Shown: piece after piece, positions 61,420 through 64,000 of the stretch | Layout of the letters: the number at the start of each line of letters is the position of its first letter | Position numbering within the stretch: position 1 is the first letter of the stretch | Origin: Podarcis vaucheri | Taxonomy: Eukaryota | Reading direction: 5' to 3' (one strand) | NCBI GenBank assembly: GCA_965113315.1 | Contig: OZ220363.1 | Length of the DNA: 64,000 bases | Notes under the pieces: generated by a model | What the model saw: only the letters and a program-made list of their open reading frames with translations | Told to the model about the DNA's origin: nothing | The model's database searches: none | Translations under genes and position numbers: made by a program

Positions 61420-62050
61420 GATGACAGTTTTTTAAACTGTATTAACCATAATCAACCAAGACAAAGATTGTAAAATTATTGTTGAATAAGATAAAAAGAA
61501 CATATAAAATTGATAACGCAACACAATTCTTAAAATGCACAATTCATAACAATTCACAAAGCCGTTTACTAATAGCAGTAGCAGCAATAATCCTTTTATC
61601 TGATCGGGTCTCTCCTTTCCTAAAGGCTGCCAAAAACAGTGTATCTTAACCATTCGCCTAAAGCTATAAAGAGATGAAGCCAGATGCACCTCAGTACAGA
61701 GGGAGTTCAACATGCAAAGAGCTACCAATGAAAAGATTGATCTTTGGGCTCCAACACCACATTCAACAGGGCATCATATGCTGATCTCAAAGCATGGACA
61801 GATTGATATGGAAGAAGGTGTTCTTGCAGATATTTGGGTGCCAGGAAGTTTAGAGCTTTTAATATCAGAGTGAGCATCTTGAATTTGGCCCTGAAACAAT
61901 TTGCAACTGCTGCAGCTGTTTCAAGAAATGAATAATATGCTTGCTCCTTCCAGAATTCTTGCTATAGCATTTTGCGCTACCTGTGATTTTCAGGCCACCT
62001 TCACGGGCATATTATAATAGTCAAGCTTAGAGGTTACCAATGCATTATTC
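61420..62050 (-). mobile_element. Decayed L2-type LINE fragment
   Basis: Resembles the other L2 3' pieces (ttggtaacctctaagcttgactattataat; gaactccctctg); boundaries approximate. Confidence 0.5.
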
Positions 62051-62730
62051 AGCATCTGGAGGGGGGGAAATGTTTTTTACAAGTGTGATAGGATATATTT
62101 TGACAAAATTTGACATCTTTTTGTTGCTATTGTACGTTATAAGTGCTTGTGCAGCCTCCATTTTAATTCCACTTCTTGCTAATACAGTAGTGAAAAAGAA
62201 ATGCCTCAGCTGAAAAACAAAACAGGCTGAGATGTGGAAGCAAACTTATCTTGGGCACCTGAAATATTATAACTTTTCTACAAAAATAGAAAAGTAAATC
62301 TCTATTGTGATACCATCTACAAAACAACACTTTAGCAAGTGTGTGATTTTCAAATAATCACAGTCCACACAGCAATCATAATCATAGCTTATTAGTGCAT
62401 AATCATACTGCACTTTATTAGTTGGAAGGAGGGAAGATTGTCTGCGTCTCAAGACCAAATGGAATCAGAAGAACCTTGGATCAGCTAGGTACTTTATATA
62501 CTCTTTCCAAGCCCAAACGAGATGAAACATGGTTAAATTCTATTTTCATAAATCTTAGCTAAAACCACTTACCCTATAAAGCCTAGATAACACTTATAGT
62601 AGTACACAAATATGGGCTGATTAATCTGATTATCCATTTATATAAGCAAATCCTTTTTGGCTCAAGAAGGCTCTCATTTACTGCCAGTCCACTGCAGCAA
62701 GTTCCTGAGTCCCAGTTCTATCCACAGATA

Positions 62731-62956
62731 CAGTGGTACCTCAGGTTACAGACGCTTCAGGTTACAGACTCTGCTAACCCAGAAATAGTACCTAGGGTTA
62801 AGAACTTTGCTTCAGGATGAGAACAGAAATTGTGCTCCGGCAGCGCAGCGGCAGCGGGAGGCGCCATTAGCTAAAGTGGTACCTCAGGTTAAGAACAGTT
62901 TCAGGTTAAGAACAGACCTCCAGAATGAATTAAGTTCTTAGCCCGAGGTACCACTG
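62731..62956. mobile_element. Tc1/mariner (Tigger-like) MITE
   Basis: Inverted termini CAGTGGTACCTC / GAGGTACCACTG, TA TSD, internal repeats of ggttaagaac. Confidence 0.9.
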
Positions 62957-64000
62957 TATACTGCAGCACTGAGCACTGCAGATGTCAGAAACACGTTTTT
63001 CAGAAGGGAAAAAAATCATTTTTATTATTAAGTAACAAACACATAAAAGTGACCATTAAAAAACACAGAACAGAGAAAAGTACAAGTCATTACCCAGAAC
63101 AGCATTTGGCATTCTACATTTATTTCTGGAGAGTGTTACTTCACTCAGGGAGAATATTTATCTTTTCACTTTCATCTCACACATTCTCATTTCAGTAGCT
63201 TCCACTGATACATAAAAAAGCAACTGCTTACTCTTCTGATTTTATATTATGTGCATTCAGTTACTTTCATAAACAACAGAAAACAATATATTCATTCATA
63301 TGTCACATGTCATAATTCCATAGCCTCCATAATTTCAGACAAATAAATTAGGAATACTCTTGCATGCTTTATAACAACTTTTCTACACTAAAGAACATGA
63401 TCTGATGGACAAACTAGATGTGAAATTAACAATGTCATTGCAGTTAACATATCTAGCCATTTAAATTTAAATAGACACTGGGGGACACCAATCAGGTTCA
63501 CAACCCCAGTTCATGGGAGGAGACTAATCTTTCTCCATGCACCATAGTCACAATTCCAACAGTACTCCCCCTTGCAGTTCCTATTTAAAACTACATATGT
63601 TTATTGAAATCATGCAATTAATCTAATGTCTAGTTTTTCTTGAGTATCACTGCCTTCTGAAGCAGGAATATTAGTTTTTCCTTGCAAAAAAACAAGCAAA
63701 AATGTTTAATGGAACATTTAATTTCACAATGGATCTAGCTGTACTTACTATACAATGGCTTCAACTTGCACATTCCAAAACTTTCCTGATATGCACGTAA
63801 GTGAGGGTTGAAGAGAAAGCATTTTTTCTTAGACAAGCAAAAAAGAATATACTTGGCTCTGCTCAAATGACATAAAAGCAAAAAGGATGCTGTTTCATAT
63901 GGCTCCTGTATGGTGCTCCTGACAGTTATTTATCTATCACATTTTGCACCAGTTGCAACTTCTACATCATCTTCAGGGGCAGCCCCACATACATCATTTT

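Noticed and set aside
60343-64000. MADD exon 1 or promoter
   Set aside because: AT-rich with no CpG island; appears to be intron 1, so the promoter probably lies beyond the window.
1-64000. CRISPR array, operon or other prokaryotic system; nested protein-coding gene
   Set aside because: No regularly spaced repeat-spacer array. The ORFs are MADD exons, their antisense shadows, transposon remnants or short chance frames.

Overview
Vertebrate genomic DNA. Sauria SINEs and CR1/L2 LINEs indicate a squamate, probably a lacertid lizard. Almost the whole window is one minus-strand gene, MADD (MAP kinase-activating death domain protein, also DENN/IG20/Rab3GEP). I traced by hand 34 coding exons, numbered 2-35 by the human 36-exon IG20/MADD convention, from the ATG at 60231 to a donor at 2301. 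All have GT-AG boundaries with matching phases and sum to 4887 nt (1629 codons) with no stop. Exon 1, the promoter and the final coding exon lie outside the window. The introns carry Sauria SINEs, CR1/L2/L1-like LINE pieces, hAT and Tc1/mariner MITEs (one triple-nested) and microsatellites. The main signal beyond the standard model is a set of very small frame-compatible candidate exons that the ORF track does not call. Intron 7 holds three phase-0 cassettes (9 nt YLK, 57 nt, 6 nt PK) at about the cDENN/dDENN junction. Other introns hold 39-, 36-, 9- (ERK) and 3-nt candidates, candidate poison exons, and a UG-repeat-flanked cluster of alternative C-terminal options. These are predictions from splice signals only; I have no transcript evidence, and some may already be annotated. 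No prokaryotic-type system, CRISPR array, rRNA or tRNA gene was seen.
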